Assembly (NCBI GenBank): GCA_029240055.1
Contig: JARBTT010000003.1
Location: 1 to 53,801, forward strand
DNA from: Massilibacillus sp.
GTDB taxonomy: Bacteria; Bacillota; Negativicutes; JARBTT01
Direction: 5' to 3'
Length of the DNA stretch: 53,801 nucleotides
Shown: positions 42,411 through 52,424 of the stretch, piece by piece
Layout of the letters: each line of letters starts with the position of its first letter
Position numbering within the stretch: position 1 is the first letter of the stretch
Notes under the pieces: generated by a model
What the model saw: only the letters and a program-made list of their open reading frames with translations
Told to the model about the DNA's origin: nothing
Databases searched by the model: none
Position numbers and translations under genes: made by a program

Positions 42411-43413
42411 GATGCGTGGCTTTCTCATGGTGCTTTGTATTGCCGTTTTGCTCCTGCATACAGGTTGTACAAAAGAAGCTGCTGTAGATTTAGAAAATAG
42501 TGTACCTGGATACCCCATTGTCGTAAATAATTACGATAGTGAAGGTAGAGAAGCTAGTTATTCCTATCAAAGACCGCCACAGAAAGTTTTGAGTACATAT
42601 CCTGGGGCGACAGAACTATTGCTTTCACTGGGGTTAGATGCAAATATCATGGCGACAGTGGCGCCTTATGGCGCGCCACCAGAGGAACTTGGTAAACGTT
42701 ATGATGCACTATCCATTTTACAGGCGGCGTTCATTCCTTCGCAGGAAGAAATATTTGCGATGCAGCCAGATTTTATCATTGGTTGGGCGCATAATTTCAG
42801 TGCGAGTGAAATGGGGGAAGTGCATAATTGGCAGGAACGTCATATCGGTACTTATGTTGTACCAGGCACATTGCAGCATATACAGCCGACTATTGAAAAT
42901 TCGGTATATCCATTCATTGCAGATATCGGAAAAATATTTGGAATTGAAAAAAAGGCGCAAGCTTATATTGATGCGTGCCGTAGTGAAGTCACTATAATAC
43001 GTCAAAAGATCGGTACAGTGGAAAAACGCAAAAAAGTCATCATATTACAAGAGCATGGAAAAAGTACATATTCACTATATGGCAATCGTTATATCATTGA
43101 TGATATTGTGCAAAAAGCTGGTGGAGAAAATCTGGTGCAAGAACAAACATCGTTTGTTGGCCCAGAGCGTGTTTTAGGTTATGATCCAGATTATGTAATT
43201 TATGTTTCATATAGTTTGGAACCGGGGAAAAATCTTAGTGATGCAGAGGTTAAGGAAAAATTGCAAGGCAACCCTGAGTTTCATTCGATGAAAGCCGTGA
43301 CGGAAGGTAGGATTATTAATGTTCCATTTAATGATGTAAATAATTGTAATGAACGTGTGATAGAAGCAATGAAAAAAATTGCACAGGGGTTATATCCAGA
43401 TAAATTTTTATAA
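42400..43413 (+). CDS. Iron-chelate ABC substrate-binding lipoprotein
   Basis: Lipobox-like HTG-C; PQKVLS, TELLLSLGL, QPDFII, MKAVTEGRI. Confidence 0.88.
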   Translation: MQAKMRGFLMVLCIAVLLLHTGCTKEAAVDLENSVPGYPIVVNNYDSEGREASYSYQRPPQKVLSTYPGATELLLSLGLDANIMATVAPYGAPPEELGKRYDALSILQAAFIPSQEEIFAMQPDFIIGWAHNFSASEMGEVHNWQERHIGTYVVPGTLQHIQPTIENSVYPFIADIGKIFGIEKKAQAYIDACRSEVTIIRQKIGTVEKRKKVIILQEHGKSTYSLYGNRYIIDDIVQKAGGENLVQEQTSFVGPERVLGYDPDYVIYVSYSLEPGKNLSDAEVKEKLQGNPEFHSMKAVTEGRIINVPFNDVNNCNERVIEAMKKIAQGLYPDKFL

Positions 43414-43435
43414 AATAGCATAAAAGGGGTAAAAA

Positions 43436-45352
43436 ATGAAAAAAAGAAGACAAGTAATAGTAGCAGGTGTGATTTGTGGTGCAGTATCCCTAGGAATGGT
43501 TAGCTCTATTGGCTATGCAGCAGGAACAGAGGATTTCACGTTAGACGAATATGTCGTTACGGCAAATCGTATGAAAGTAAAAGCAAATGAAGTTGCAGCT
43601 GATGTGACTGTTATCAATCAAGACACTCTAGAAAAGGGAAACTATAGTACTATATCTGATGCATTACGTGATAATAATATCAATGTAGCGGTGACGGGGT
43701 TTGCATCTTATCCAGTCATTAATGGAGATAGTCGCGTTTTGGTATTGGTGAATGGTCGAAAAATGAATTGGTCACATTTAGTCGTTAGTGGTGATGACAA
43801 TGCGATTAATATTGACAGTTTACCAGTAAAAAATATCGAGCGTATTGAAATCGTACGCGGTCCGAATACGGCGCTTTATGGTAGCGATGCTGTTGCTGGT
43901 GTTATCAATATTATTACAAAGAAACCTGAAAAAGGTCAATCGACAACAGTTACAACAGAAGCTGGCTCATGGGGTGCATGGCGGACAGCGATGACAACCG
44001 AAGGCGGCGACAAAGATTTACGTTATAGTTTCACGTATGATAAACAAAAACGCGATAATTATGATTATAGAACGGCAAGTGGTAAGAAAAATGAATTTCC
44101 TGATAGCAGTTACGATAAAGAATATGAAAGCTTGCGCTTAGATAAACCAGTTGGTGACGATACGTTATCTTTTGAATTAGGACGTTCGCAGCAAAATAAT
44201 GGCTATGGTATTTATTTAACTGATCCAGAAGCCGGTAAAGTGTATGGCTCGGGAATGAAAATCAAAACAACAGATTTGAATATGGCGCTGACCTATACTT
44301 GGGATGCGGCTGATACAGCAGGCACGGGTGATTATGTCAGAGTATATCGTAACAGTCAAAAAGCTGATTCACCATTTGCTGGTACACCATATGAACACGA
44401 TTTGACAAACTGGGGCTTACAAATGCAAAAAGGCTGGCAATTAGATGAGAAAAATTCATTAGTGGGCGGCTTTGAATACCTCAATGAAAAAATTGATGAA
44501 GAAAATGATGGGGTAGGGTTTAATCGCACTGCCAATACAAAGTCTCTTTATGCAGAGGATCATTGGCAGCTTGAAGATGGCTGGTCGATGAATCTTGGTA
44601 CACGCTACGAAAATCATAGCGATTTCGGTGGCGATGTGACATCTCATGTATCTTTAAATAAAGAAATTTCGAATAAAACGAATGCATATTTATCTTGGGG
44701 ACAAGCAGTAAATAATCCGACGTTAAAACAACGTTATGCAAATTCGCCATATTGGCTTGGCAACCCAAACTTGAAACAAGAAAAATCCAATACGGTAACG
44801 CTAGGGATAAATTCACAGCTTGATGAAAAAACCAATGTACAAGCCAGTATCTATCAAAGTAAAGTCAATAATGCTTTGGATTGGATTTGGGATACTTCTA
44901 TTTCAAAAACTGTCTACTATAATGTCAACAGCGAAAAACGCCGTGGTCTTGAACTCACTGCAACGCGTAAACTTTCCGACCAATGGAGTATCAATGCAGG
45001 GTATTCCTATTCGAAAATCGAAAAAGCAGACGCTGATGAAGCCTATGCAAACTATATCTATAACAGTCGTCCTAATGGCTATCAACTTGGGGTATCTTAC
45101 AAACAAGATAAATGGGATGGCGGTTTAACAGCACAAGAAGTGACTGGACGTAGCACAACTGCATATACTGATAGTTCATATGTAACACTTGATTTAAATC
45201 TAAATTATCACTTCAATAATGATTTAAAAGCATATTTTAAAGGCTACAACCTTACTGATGAAGGTTACGAAATCTTAAGTTCTTCGGTAGGTAGAGGTGC
45301 CTATGCTATGCCAGGGCGTTACTTTGTGTTTGGTTTAGAAGCAAAATTATAA
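43436..45352 (+). CDS. TonB-dependent outer-membrane receptor
   Basis: Signal peptide; TonB-box-like DEYVVTA; plug motif IERIEIVRGPNTALYGSDAVAGVINIIT; GNPNLKQE; C-terminal PGRYFVFGLEAKL. Confidence 0.93.
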   Translation: MKKRRQVIVAGVICGAVSLGMVSSIGYAAGTEDFTLDEYVVTANRMKVKANEVAADVTVINQDTLEKGNYSTISDALRDNNINVAVTGFASYPVINGDSRVLVLVNGRKMNWSHLVVSGDDNAINIDSLPVKNIERIEIVRGPNTALYGSDAVAGVINIITKKPEKGQSTTVTTEAGSWGAWRTAMTTEGGDKDLRYSFTYDKQKRDNYDYRTASGKKNEFPDSSYDKEYESLRLDKPVGDDTLSFELGRSQQNNGYGIYLTDPEAGKVYGSGMKIKTTDLNMALTYTWDAADTAGTGDYVRVYRNSQKADSPFAGTPYEHDLTNWGLQMQKGWQLDEKNSLVGGFEYLNEKIDEENDGVGFNRTANTKSLYAEDHWQLEDGWSMNLGTRYENHSDFGGDVTSHVSLNKEISNKTNAYLSWGQAVNNPTLKQRYANSPYWLGNPNLKQEKSNTVTLGINSQLDEKTNVQASIYQSKVNNALDWIWDTSISKTVYYNVNSEKRRGLELTATRKLSDQWSINAGYSYSKIEKADADEAYANYIYNSRPNGYQLGVSYKQDKWDGGLTAQEVTGRSTTAYTDSSYVTLDLNLNYHFNNDLKAYFKGYNLTDEGYEILSSSVGRGAYAMPGRYFVFGLEAKL

Positions 45353-45401
45353 GAAGTATTCTAAGAAAAGTAAAATAATGATAAACTTTGTATAAGTTTA
45401 T

Positions 45402-45451
45402 AAAGAAACGGTAAAATGTAGCTATCATAGTGACGTTTTACCGTTTCTTTT
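45402..45451 (+). terminator. Terminator after the TonB receptor gene
   Basis: 18-nt arms aaagaaacggtaaaatgt / acgttttaccgtttcttt. Confidence 0.8.
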
Positions 45452-45478
45452 AATCAACATAATACCCTTAGAAAGCAA

Positions 45479-45597
45479 TAGTCAAATCATGAAATAAATG
45501 CTATAATAAAAGGGTATTGCGACGATGCCGTAGAATATTTCATTTAGTTATTTCGTACACTAAATGAAGTTCTAATAGGATTAGTCTTTTTTTTTTG
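45479..45597 (+). ncRNA. Candidate small RNA with its own promoter
   Basis: TAGTCA-N17-TATAAT with extended TG, then two hairpins and a long T tract; no ORF. Confidence 0.35.
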
Positions 45598-45633
45598 TAA
45601 ATATAAAAAAATTAACAAACATACACAAAAACT

Positions 45634-45672
45634 CTTGCAAGTTTATGCATAAGTGATGTATAATTATAAGCA
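45634..45672 (+). promoter_or_regulatory. arg operon promoter overlapped by tandem ARG boxes
   Basis: TTGCAA-N18-TATAAT. CTTGCAAGTTTATGCATA (45634-45651) and the weaker GATGTATAATTATAAGCA (45655-45672) are separated by 3 bp. Confidence 0.65.
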
Positions 45673-45708
45673 TATTAAGAGTAGCTGTTTTGATGAGGAG
45701 GTATTACC

Positions 45709-46743
45709 GTGAGAGTTAGTGTTATTGGGGCAACTGGATATGCAGGTGTGGAACTACTCAGATTACTAAAAAACCATCCAGAAGCAGAAGTTGTACATAT
45801 TACATCGGAAAGTCAGGCAGGTAAGCCGATTAATGAGATATATACACATTTAAATGGTCTTTATGAACAAGAATTAATCAGTATGAAAGAAATTGATACC
45901 ATTGCCAACGATAGTGATGTCGTTTTTATCGGCTTGCCACATGGTCATGCGATGGCGGTTGGTAAAGCCTTAGTAGGTAAAAATGTAAAAATTATCGATT
46001 TAGGTGCTGATTATCGCTTTACTGATACTAGTGTCTATGAACAATGGTACAAAGTAGAACATACTCATAAAGATGCACAAAGAGTGTATGGACTTGCGGA
46101 ACTTTATCGTGATCAAATCAAAACGGCGACCATTGTTGGCAATGCTGGTTGTTATACGACAGCAAGTATTTTAGCCTTGGCACCACTGGCGAAAAAGGGT
46201 CTTATTGAGTTGAATACGGTTGTGGTTGATGCAAAATCAGGCATTTCTGGTGCTGGTCGTAGCGCGAGTTTAAATACACATTTTGCAGAAATGTACGATA
46301 ACTTAAAAGCTTATAATGTTGGTGGACATCGCCATACACCAGAAATTGAACAAGCCTTGTCTGAGTTCTCTGGTGAAGAGGTTGTGATTAGTTTTACGCC
46401 ACATTTGATTCCAATGTCACGTGGGATTCTGAGTACTTGCTATGCAAACTTGAAAAAGGGTGTAACGGCAGAAGCGGTCGATGCTGCGTATCAAGAGCTT
46501 TACAAGGATGAATATTTTGTTCGCTTACTTGGCCGCGGTGCGTATCCACAAACGAAAAATACGCGTGGATCGAACTTCTGTGATCTTGGCTGGCATATTG
46601 ATGAACGCGTTGGGCGGGTTGTTGTTCTTTCCGCAATTGATAACTTAGTAAAAGGGGCAGCTGGGCAAGCCATCCAAAACTTTAATATCGTATGTGGTTT
46701 TGAGGAAACAACAGGGTTAACCAATGTACCTGTATATCCTTGA
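45709..46743 (+). CDS. argC: N-acetyl-gamma-glutamyl-phosphate reductase
   Basis: GATGYAG, NAGCYTT, SGISGAGR, IDNLVKGAAGQA. Confidence 0.97.
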   Translation: MRVSVIGATGYAGVELLRLLKNHPEAEVVHITSESQAGKPINEIYTHLNGLYEQELISMKEIDTIANDSDVVFIGLPHGHAMAVGKALVGKNVKIIDLGADYRFTDTSVYEQWYKVEHTHKDAQRVYGLAELYRDQIKTATIVGNAGCYTTASILALAPLAKKGLIELNTVVVDAKSGISGAGRSASLNTHFAEMYDNLKAYNVGGHRHTPEIEQALSEFSGEEVVISFTPHLIPMSRGILSTCYANLKKGVTAEAVDAAYQELYKDEYFVRLLGRGAYPQTKNTRGSNFCDLGWHIDERVGRVVVLSAIDNLVKGAAGQAIQNFNIVCGFEETTGLTNVPVYP

Positions 46744-46797
46744 TGATTGTATAAAATAGAAGATAAAAGATGATTTAAAATAAATGGGGGTATTCTC

Positions 46798-48003
46798 GTG
46801 TTTAAAGAAAACAATGCAGGTGTTACACTTGCAAAAGGATTTAAAGCTAGTGGTATTAAAGCTGGCGTGAAAAAAAGTGGTAAAGATGATATGGCTGTTA
46901 TCTTTACAGAAAAAGCAGCAACGGTCGCAGGGACGTTTACGACAAATTTAGTGGCTGCAGCACCAGTTTTTGTTTCTAAAGATGTCGTGAAAAAAGGAAC
47001 GGCTCATGCAATTGTAGTCAACGCTGGCTGTGCCAATGCTTGTACTGGCGAACAAGGCATGAAAGATGCGAAAGCAATGGCTGCCTTGACAGCAAAAGAA
47101 CTTGGGATCGATGCAAGTGATGTATTTGTTGCTTCTACTGGAATCATTGGGCAAACTTTACCAATGGATAAAATTGAAGCTGGGATTAAATTAGCAGTAG
47201 CAGCGCTGAATGAAAATGGTAGTGATGCTGCAAGTAAAGCAATCGTAACGACAGATACTTATCAAAAAGCGGGTTCATTTAGCTTTGAACTTGGCGGAAA
47301 AACAGTAAGTATTGGTGGTATTGCTAAAGGTTCAGGAATGATTCATCCGAATATGGCAACGATGCTTTGCTTCATCACAACGGATGCAGCTATCAGTCAT
47401 GATTTATTACAAAAAGCACTTTCAAAATGCGTTGGTATTTCGTTCAATATGGTTTCTGTCGATGGTGATACGAGTACGAACGATATGGTGCTTGTTCTTG
47501 CCAATGGCATGGCTGAAAATGCGATGATTACGGAAGAAAATGCTGACTATGAAAAATTCGTAGCAGCACTAGAAAAAGTTTGCGTTGGTCTTGCACAATT
47601 GGTTGCGCGTGATGGTGAAGGCGCAACGAAATTCTTAGAAGTGAATGTAACCGGGGCAACGAGCTTTGAAGATGCAAAGAAAGTTGCGATGAGCGTTGCT
47701 AAATCACCACTTGTAAAAACAGCTTTCTTTGGTCAAGATGCAAATTGGGGCAGAATTATCTGCGCAGTTGGTTATGCTGGTGCGCAAATGGTTCCTGAAA
47801 AAACAATCGTGTCATTAAATGAGGTTGTTGTCTTTGACAAAGGAATGGGCGCAGCTTACGATGAAGAAGCGCTAAAAGCAATCATGGAAGAACATGATAT
47901 TACCGTGAATATTAACCTAGGTTTAGGTGAAGATAAAGCGACGGTTTGGACTTGTGATTTATCCTATGAATACGTGAAAATCAATGGTGAATATCACACC
48001 TGA
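46798..48003 (+). CDS. argJ: Ornithine acetyltransferase / N-acetylglutamate synthase
   Basis: KGSGMIHPNMATML, DGDTSTND, DGEGATK, YVKINGEY. Confidence 0.97.
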   Translation: MFKENNAGVTLAKGFKASGIKAGVKKSGKDDMAVIFTEKAATVAGTFTTNLVAAAPVFVSKDVVKKGTAHAIVVNAGCANACTGEQGMKDAKAMAALTAKELGIDASDVFVASTGIIGQTLPMDKIEAGIKLAVAALNENGSDAASKAIVTTDTYQKAGSFSFELGGKTVSIGGIAKGSGMIHPNMATMLCFITTDAAISHDLLQKALSKCVGISFNMVSVDGDTSTNDMVLVLANGMAENAMITEENADYEKFVAALEKVCVGLAQLVARDGEGATKFLEVNVTGATSFEDAKKVAMSVAKSPLVKTAFFGQDANWGRIICAVGYAGAQMVPEKTIVSLNEVVVFDKGMGAAYDEEALKAIMEEHDITVNINLGLGEDKATVWTCDLSYEYVKINGEYHT

Positions 48004-48082
48004 TGACTAGTTTATAGAAGACAATAGGACTGTTACAAAGCATTTTGTAGCAGTCTTCATTGATATTTTGGAGGTTATGTCG

Positions 48083-48970
48083 ATGAGTTTTACGCCGGCT
48101 GATAAAGCGAGCATATTGGTAGAAGCACTGCCTTATATACAAGAATTTTATGGCAAAACGATTGTAATAAAATACGGCGGTAATGCTATGGTTAGTCACG
48201 AATTAAAAGAGCAAGTAATTCAAGATATCGTGCTGATGAAATACGTTGGGATGCGACCAGTCGTAGTCCATGGTGGCGGCCCTGATATTACAAGCTTCTT
48301 GAAAAAGATTGGCAAGCAGAGTGAATTTGTTAGTGGTCTGCGAGTTACTGATAAAGAAACCGCGGAATTGGCTGAAATGGTGCTCGTTGGTAAGATCAAT
48401 ACAGAAATCGTGAGTCTGCTCAACCATGCTGGTGTGAAAGCTGTCGGTTTAAGTGGTAAAGATGCAGAACTAATCAAAGCCAAGAAAAAATATGCTGTTG
48501 TTCATGAAAATGGTACAACCCGCACTGTTGATATTGGTTTTGTTGGTGAGGTTACGAAGATTAATACCAATATTTTAAATGATTTATTAGATAAAGATTA
48601 TATTCCAGTCATCGCGCCAATCGGTGTTGGTCAAAATAATGAAAGTTTCAATATCAATGCTGACTATGTTGCAGCAGAAGTTGCTGGGGCGTTAAAAGCG
48701 GAAAAATTGTTACTCCTTACGGATATCGAAGGTATCTACGGCGATTATAACGATAAGAGCACGTTTATTTCGTCGTTAAAACAAGTCGATGCTCGTAAAA
48801 TGATTGAAGCTGGCACGATCGCTGGTGGGATGATTCCAAAAGTGGAAGCTTGCTTAAGTTCACTAGAGGCTGGGACAGGAAAAACTCACATCATTGATGG
48901 ACGTCAACCCCATTCCTTGATTTTAGAAGTGTTTACACCACAAGGAATTGGTACGCAAGTTGTAAAATAA
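48083..48970 (+). CDS. argB: Acetylglutamate kinase
   Basis: KYGGNAM, VHGGGP, GLRVT, NINAD, GGMIPK; ATG 48083 after GGAGGT. Confidence 0.97.
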   Translation: MSFTPADKASILVEALPYIQEFYGKTIVIKYGGNAMVSHELKEQVIQDIVLMKYVGMRPVVVHGGGPDITSFLKKIGKQSEFVSGLRVTDKETAELAEMVLVGKINTEIVSLLNHAGVKAVGLSGKDAELIKAKKKYAVVHENGTTRTVDIGFVGEVTKINTNILNDLLDKDYIPVIAPIGVGQNNESFNINADYVAAEVAGALKAEKLLLLTDIEGIYGDYNDKSTFISSLKQVDARKMIEAGTIAGGMIPKVEACLSSLEAGTGKTHIIDGRQPHSLILEVFTPQGIGTQVVK

Positions 48971-48984
48971 GGAGGTCGTTAAAA

Positions 48985-50178
48985 ATGACAAATGAAGAAA
49001 TTTATCAAAAAGATAAAGATTACTATATGCCGGTCTTTGCGAGATACCAAATGGTAATTTCACATGGTGAAGGCCCTTATGTATATGATACAGACGGTAA
49101 TAAATATATTGATTATCTAGGTGGTATCGCTGTAAACGTATTGGGACATGCTCATCCAGCACTTGTCAAAGCGATTGCCGAGCAAGCTGGTAAAGTCGTG
49201 CATTGTTCAAATCTTTATTACACAGAAACGCAAGCGGTGCTCGCAGAAAAACTTGTAAAACTTAGTGGTCTAGGAAAAGTTTTCTTGGGCAATTCTGGTG
49301 CAGAAGCAAATGAAGGGGCAATTAAATTAGCGCGTAAATATGCGCATAATATCAGCCCAGATAAATCGGAAATAATCACAGCGTGGCATGGTTTTCACGG
49401 TCGTACGCTAGCTACATTAACCGCAACAGCGCAACCGAAATACCAAAAAGGCTTTGATCCATTGCCAGCTGATTTTAGATATGTAGACTACAATGATATT
49501 GACGCACTTGCTGCGATGATGAGCGAAAAAACTTGTGCAGTTATGCTAGAACCGATTCAAGGTGAAGGCGGTGTCCATATTCCGACAGATGATTACTTGA
49601 AAAAAGTTCGTGCGCTTTGCGATGAGCACGGTGCATTGTTAATTTTAGATGAGATTCAAACAGGGATTGGCAGAACTGGTACGATGTTTGCTTATGAACA
49701 ATTTGGTATTAAGCCAGATATCGTGACACTTGCCAAAGGCTTAGCAGGCGGGGTAGCAATCGGCGCATTTATTGCAAGCAATAAAGTGGCAGCAGTTTTC
49801 CACGCTGGTGATCATGGCTCTACATTTGGCGGTAATCCACTGGCTTGTGCAGCGGCAAATGTAACGCTAGATACGATTGAAAGCGATCATCTGCTTTCCA
49901 ACACAAAAGCAATTGGTGCATACTTAACAACAAAACTTAAAGCTTTACAGGAAAAATATCCTGCACTTATTACAGAAGTACGTGGCATGGGCTTGATCAT
50001 CGGGATGCAGCTTACTAAACCAGGTCGTCAAATCGTGAATGAATGTCTAGAGGCTGGAGCAATTATCAATTGTACAGCTGAAACTGTACTTCGTTTTGTG
50101 CCACCGCTCATTATTAATAAAGACAATGTCGATGAATTGATTACAATTTTAGATAAGATATTAGAAAAAAATCAATAA
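48985..50178 (+). CDS. argD: Acetylornithine aminotransferase
   Basis: NSGAEANE, FHGRT, DEIQTG, LAKGLAGG, HGSTFGGN. Confidence 0.96.
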   Translation: MTNEEIYQKDKDYYMPVFARYQMVISHGEGPYVYDTDGNKYIDYLGGIAVNVLGHAHPALVKAIAEQAGKVVHCSNLYYTETQAVLAEKLVKLSGLGKVFLGNSGAEANEGAIKLARKYAHNISPDKSEIITAWHGFHGRTLATLTATAQPKYQKGFDPLPADFRYVDYNDIDALAAMMSEKTCAVMLEPIQGEGGVHIPTDDYLKKVRALCDEHGALLILDEIQTGIGRTGTMFAYEQFGIKPDIVTLAKGLAGGVAIGAFIASNKVAAVFHAGDHGSTFGGNPLACAAANVTLDTIESDHLLSNTKAIGAYLTTKLKALQEKYPALITEVRGMGLIIGMQLTKPGRQIVNECLEAGAIINCTAETVLRFVPPLIINKDNVDELITILDKILEKNQ

Positions 50179-50232
50179 TTGTAACTTTGAACTATTTATC
50201 ATGGTATAATGGTTTCGTATGGGGGTTTTAGG

Positions 50233-51162
50233 ATGAAAGGTAGAGATTTGCTATCTATACACGATCTAACAACTGAAGAAGTGTATAAAATTTTAGATGT
50301 AGCAAAAGATTTAAAAGCAAAACAAAAAGCGGGTATTGAACATCATCTATTAAAAGGAAAAACGTTAGGCATGATTTTTCAAAAATCATCAACCCGTACG
50401 CGTTTGTCCTTTGAGGTTGGTATGTATCAATTAGGCGGCAGTGCCTTATTTTTATCTGGTCATGACTTGCAAATCGGTCGTGGTGAGCCAATTAAAGATA
50501 CAGCTAGAGTAATGTCAAGATATCTTGATGGGGTAATGATTCGTACCTTTGCTCATTCAGATGTAGAAGAATTTGCGAAGTATGCAGATATTCCAGTCAT
50601 CAATGGCTTAACGGATTTACTGCACCCTTGTCAGGTATTAACTGATTTACTTACGATACAAGAACATAAAAGCGAACAATTAAAAGGGTTAAAACTTGCT
50701 TATATTGGTGATTGTAACAACATGGTACATTCTTTAATGTATGGTTGTGCGAAGGTTGGTATGCATTTTGTTGTAGCAACGCCAAAAGGGTGTAAACCCA
50801 ATGCTGACGTGTTAGCAAACGCAGTAGAAGACGCTAAAAAAACCGGCGGTTCGATTACAGTAGTCAATGATATTTATGAAGCAGCCAAAGATGCCGACGT
50901 CCTTTATACCGATGTATGGGCTAGCATGGGGCAAGAAGAAGAGCATGAAGAACGTTGTAAGATCTTCAAAGACTATCAAATCAATAGCAAGTTGATGGAA
51001 GTCGCAGCAAAATCTGCTATCGTACTTCATTGTTTACCAGCACATCGTGGCGAAGAAATTTCCGAAGAAGTGCTTGAAAAATATCAAGATGTTATTTTTG
51101 ATGAAGCAGAAAATCGTTTGCATGTTCAAAAAGCAATTATGGCACTTACCATGTGCGAGTAA
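50233..51162 (+). CDS. argF: Ornithine carbamoyltransferase
   Basis: SSTRT, HPCQ, DVWASMG, HCLPAHRG. Confidence 0.97.
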   Translation: MKGRDLLSIHDLTTEEVYKILDVAKDLKAKQKAGIEHHLLKGKTLGMIFQKSSTRTRLSFEVGMYQLGGSALFLSGHDLQIGRGEPIKDTARVMSRYLDGVMIRTFAHSDVEEFAKYADIPVINGLTDLLHPCQVLTDLLTIQEHKSEQLKGLKLAYIGDCNNMVHSLMYGCAKVGMHFVVATPKGCKPNADVLANAVEDAKKTGGSITVVNDIYEAAKDADVLYTDVWASMGQEEEHEERCKIFKDYQINSKLMEVAAKSAIVLHCLPAHRGEEISEEVLEKYQDVIFDEAENRLHVQKAIMALTMCE

Positions 51163-51212
51163 TGCTAATTTGACATAAATATTTTTAATGGATATTAAGA
51201 GGAGTGGAAAAA

Positions 51213-52424
51213 ATGAGCGATATTAAAAAAGTAGTATTGGCATATTCCGGAGGACTTGATACATCAGTTATCATTCCTTGGTTAAAAGAAAATTATAATG
51301 GTTGTGAAGTTATAGCAATGTGTGCTGACATCGGGCAAGGTGATGAACTTAACGTAGTTCATGACAAAGCGCTTGCTTCTGGTGCTAGCAAAGTATATAT
51401 CGAAAATTTAACAAAACCTTTCTTAGAAGAGTATGTATGGCCAACATTGCAAGCTGGTGCAGTATATGAAGGTAAATATCTATTAGGTACTTCATTTGCT
51501 CGTCCACTCATTGCAAAAAAATTAGTAGAAATCGCTGAAAAAGAAGGCGCAGATGCAATTGCACATGGTGCAACTGGTAAAGGAAATGACCAAGTTCGTT
51601 TCGAATTAACAGTAAAAGCATTGGCTCCTCAGTTGAAAATTGTTGCGCCTTGGCGTTTATGGGATATTCGTTCCCGTGAAGATGCAATTGCCTATGCACA
51701 AAAACACAATATTCCAGTAGCAACTAGCAATAAAACCTACAGCATGGATCGTAATATCTGGCATTTAAGCCATGAAGGTTCCGATCTTGAAAATCCTTGG
51801 AATGCACCAAAAGATGAAATGTACTTAGTATCAAAAGCGCCTGAACAAGCTCCAGATAAAGCAACTTATGTAACAGTGGACTTTGAAAAAGGTATCCCAG
51901 TTGCTGTTGATGGTGTAAAAATGGATGCTGTTGCATTACTTACAAAATTAAATGAACTCGGTGCAGCAAATGGTGTTGGTATTACTGATATCGTTGAAAA
52001 CCGTCTTGTTGGGATGAAATCTCGTGGCGTATACGAAAATCCAGGCGGAGCAATCCTTTACTATGCGCACCGTGAATTAGAATACTTATGCTTAGACCGT
52101 GCGATGCTTCATTATAAAGAAGGCGTGGCGATTCGTTATGGCGAGCTCGTATATGATGGCATGTGGTTCTCACAACTTCGTGAAGCTTTAGATGCTTTTG
52201 TAAAACAAACGCAAGAAACTGTAACTGGTACAGTTCGCGTAAAACTTTACAAAGGTAACATCATGTCCGCTGGGGCAAAATCACCATATTCCTTATACAG
52301 TGAAGAATTTGTTACTTTCGAACGCGATGAAGTTTATAATCAAGCGGATGCAGAAGGCTTCATTAACTTATTTGGTCTACCACTAAAAGTTAGAGCTTTA
52401 ATGCAACAAAAAGCAGGTAAATAA
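51213..52424 (+). CDS. argG: Argininosuccinate synthase
   Basis: [30 protein letters not shown]. Confidence 0.98.
   Translation: MSDIKKVVLAYSGGLDTSVIIPWLKENYNGCEVIAMCADIGQGDELNVVHDKALASGASKVYIENLTKPFLEEYVWPTLQAGAVYEGKYLLGTSFARPLIAKKLVEIAEKEGADAIAHGATGKGNDQVRFELTVKALAPQLKIVAPWRLWDIRSREDAIAYAQKHNIPVATSNKTYSMDRNIWHLSHEGSDLENPWNAPKDEMYLVSKAPEQAPDKATYVTVDFEKGIPVAVDGVKMDAVALLTKLNELGAANGVGITDIVENRLVGMKSRGVYENPGGAILYYAHRELEYLCLDRAMLHYKEGVAIRYGELVYDGMWFSQLREALDAFVKQTQETVTGTVRVKLYKGNIMSAGAKSPYSLYSEEFVTFERDEVYNQADAEGFINLFGLPLKVRALMQQKAGK

Noticed and set aside
51170-51198. TTGACA-N17-TATTAA before argG
   Set aside because: The -10 lacks the conserved final T, and the start site would fall within the SD.
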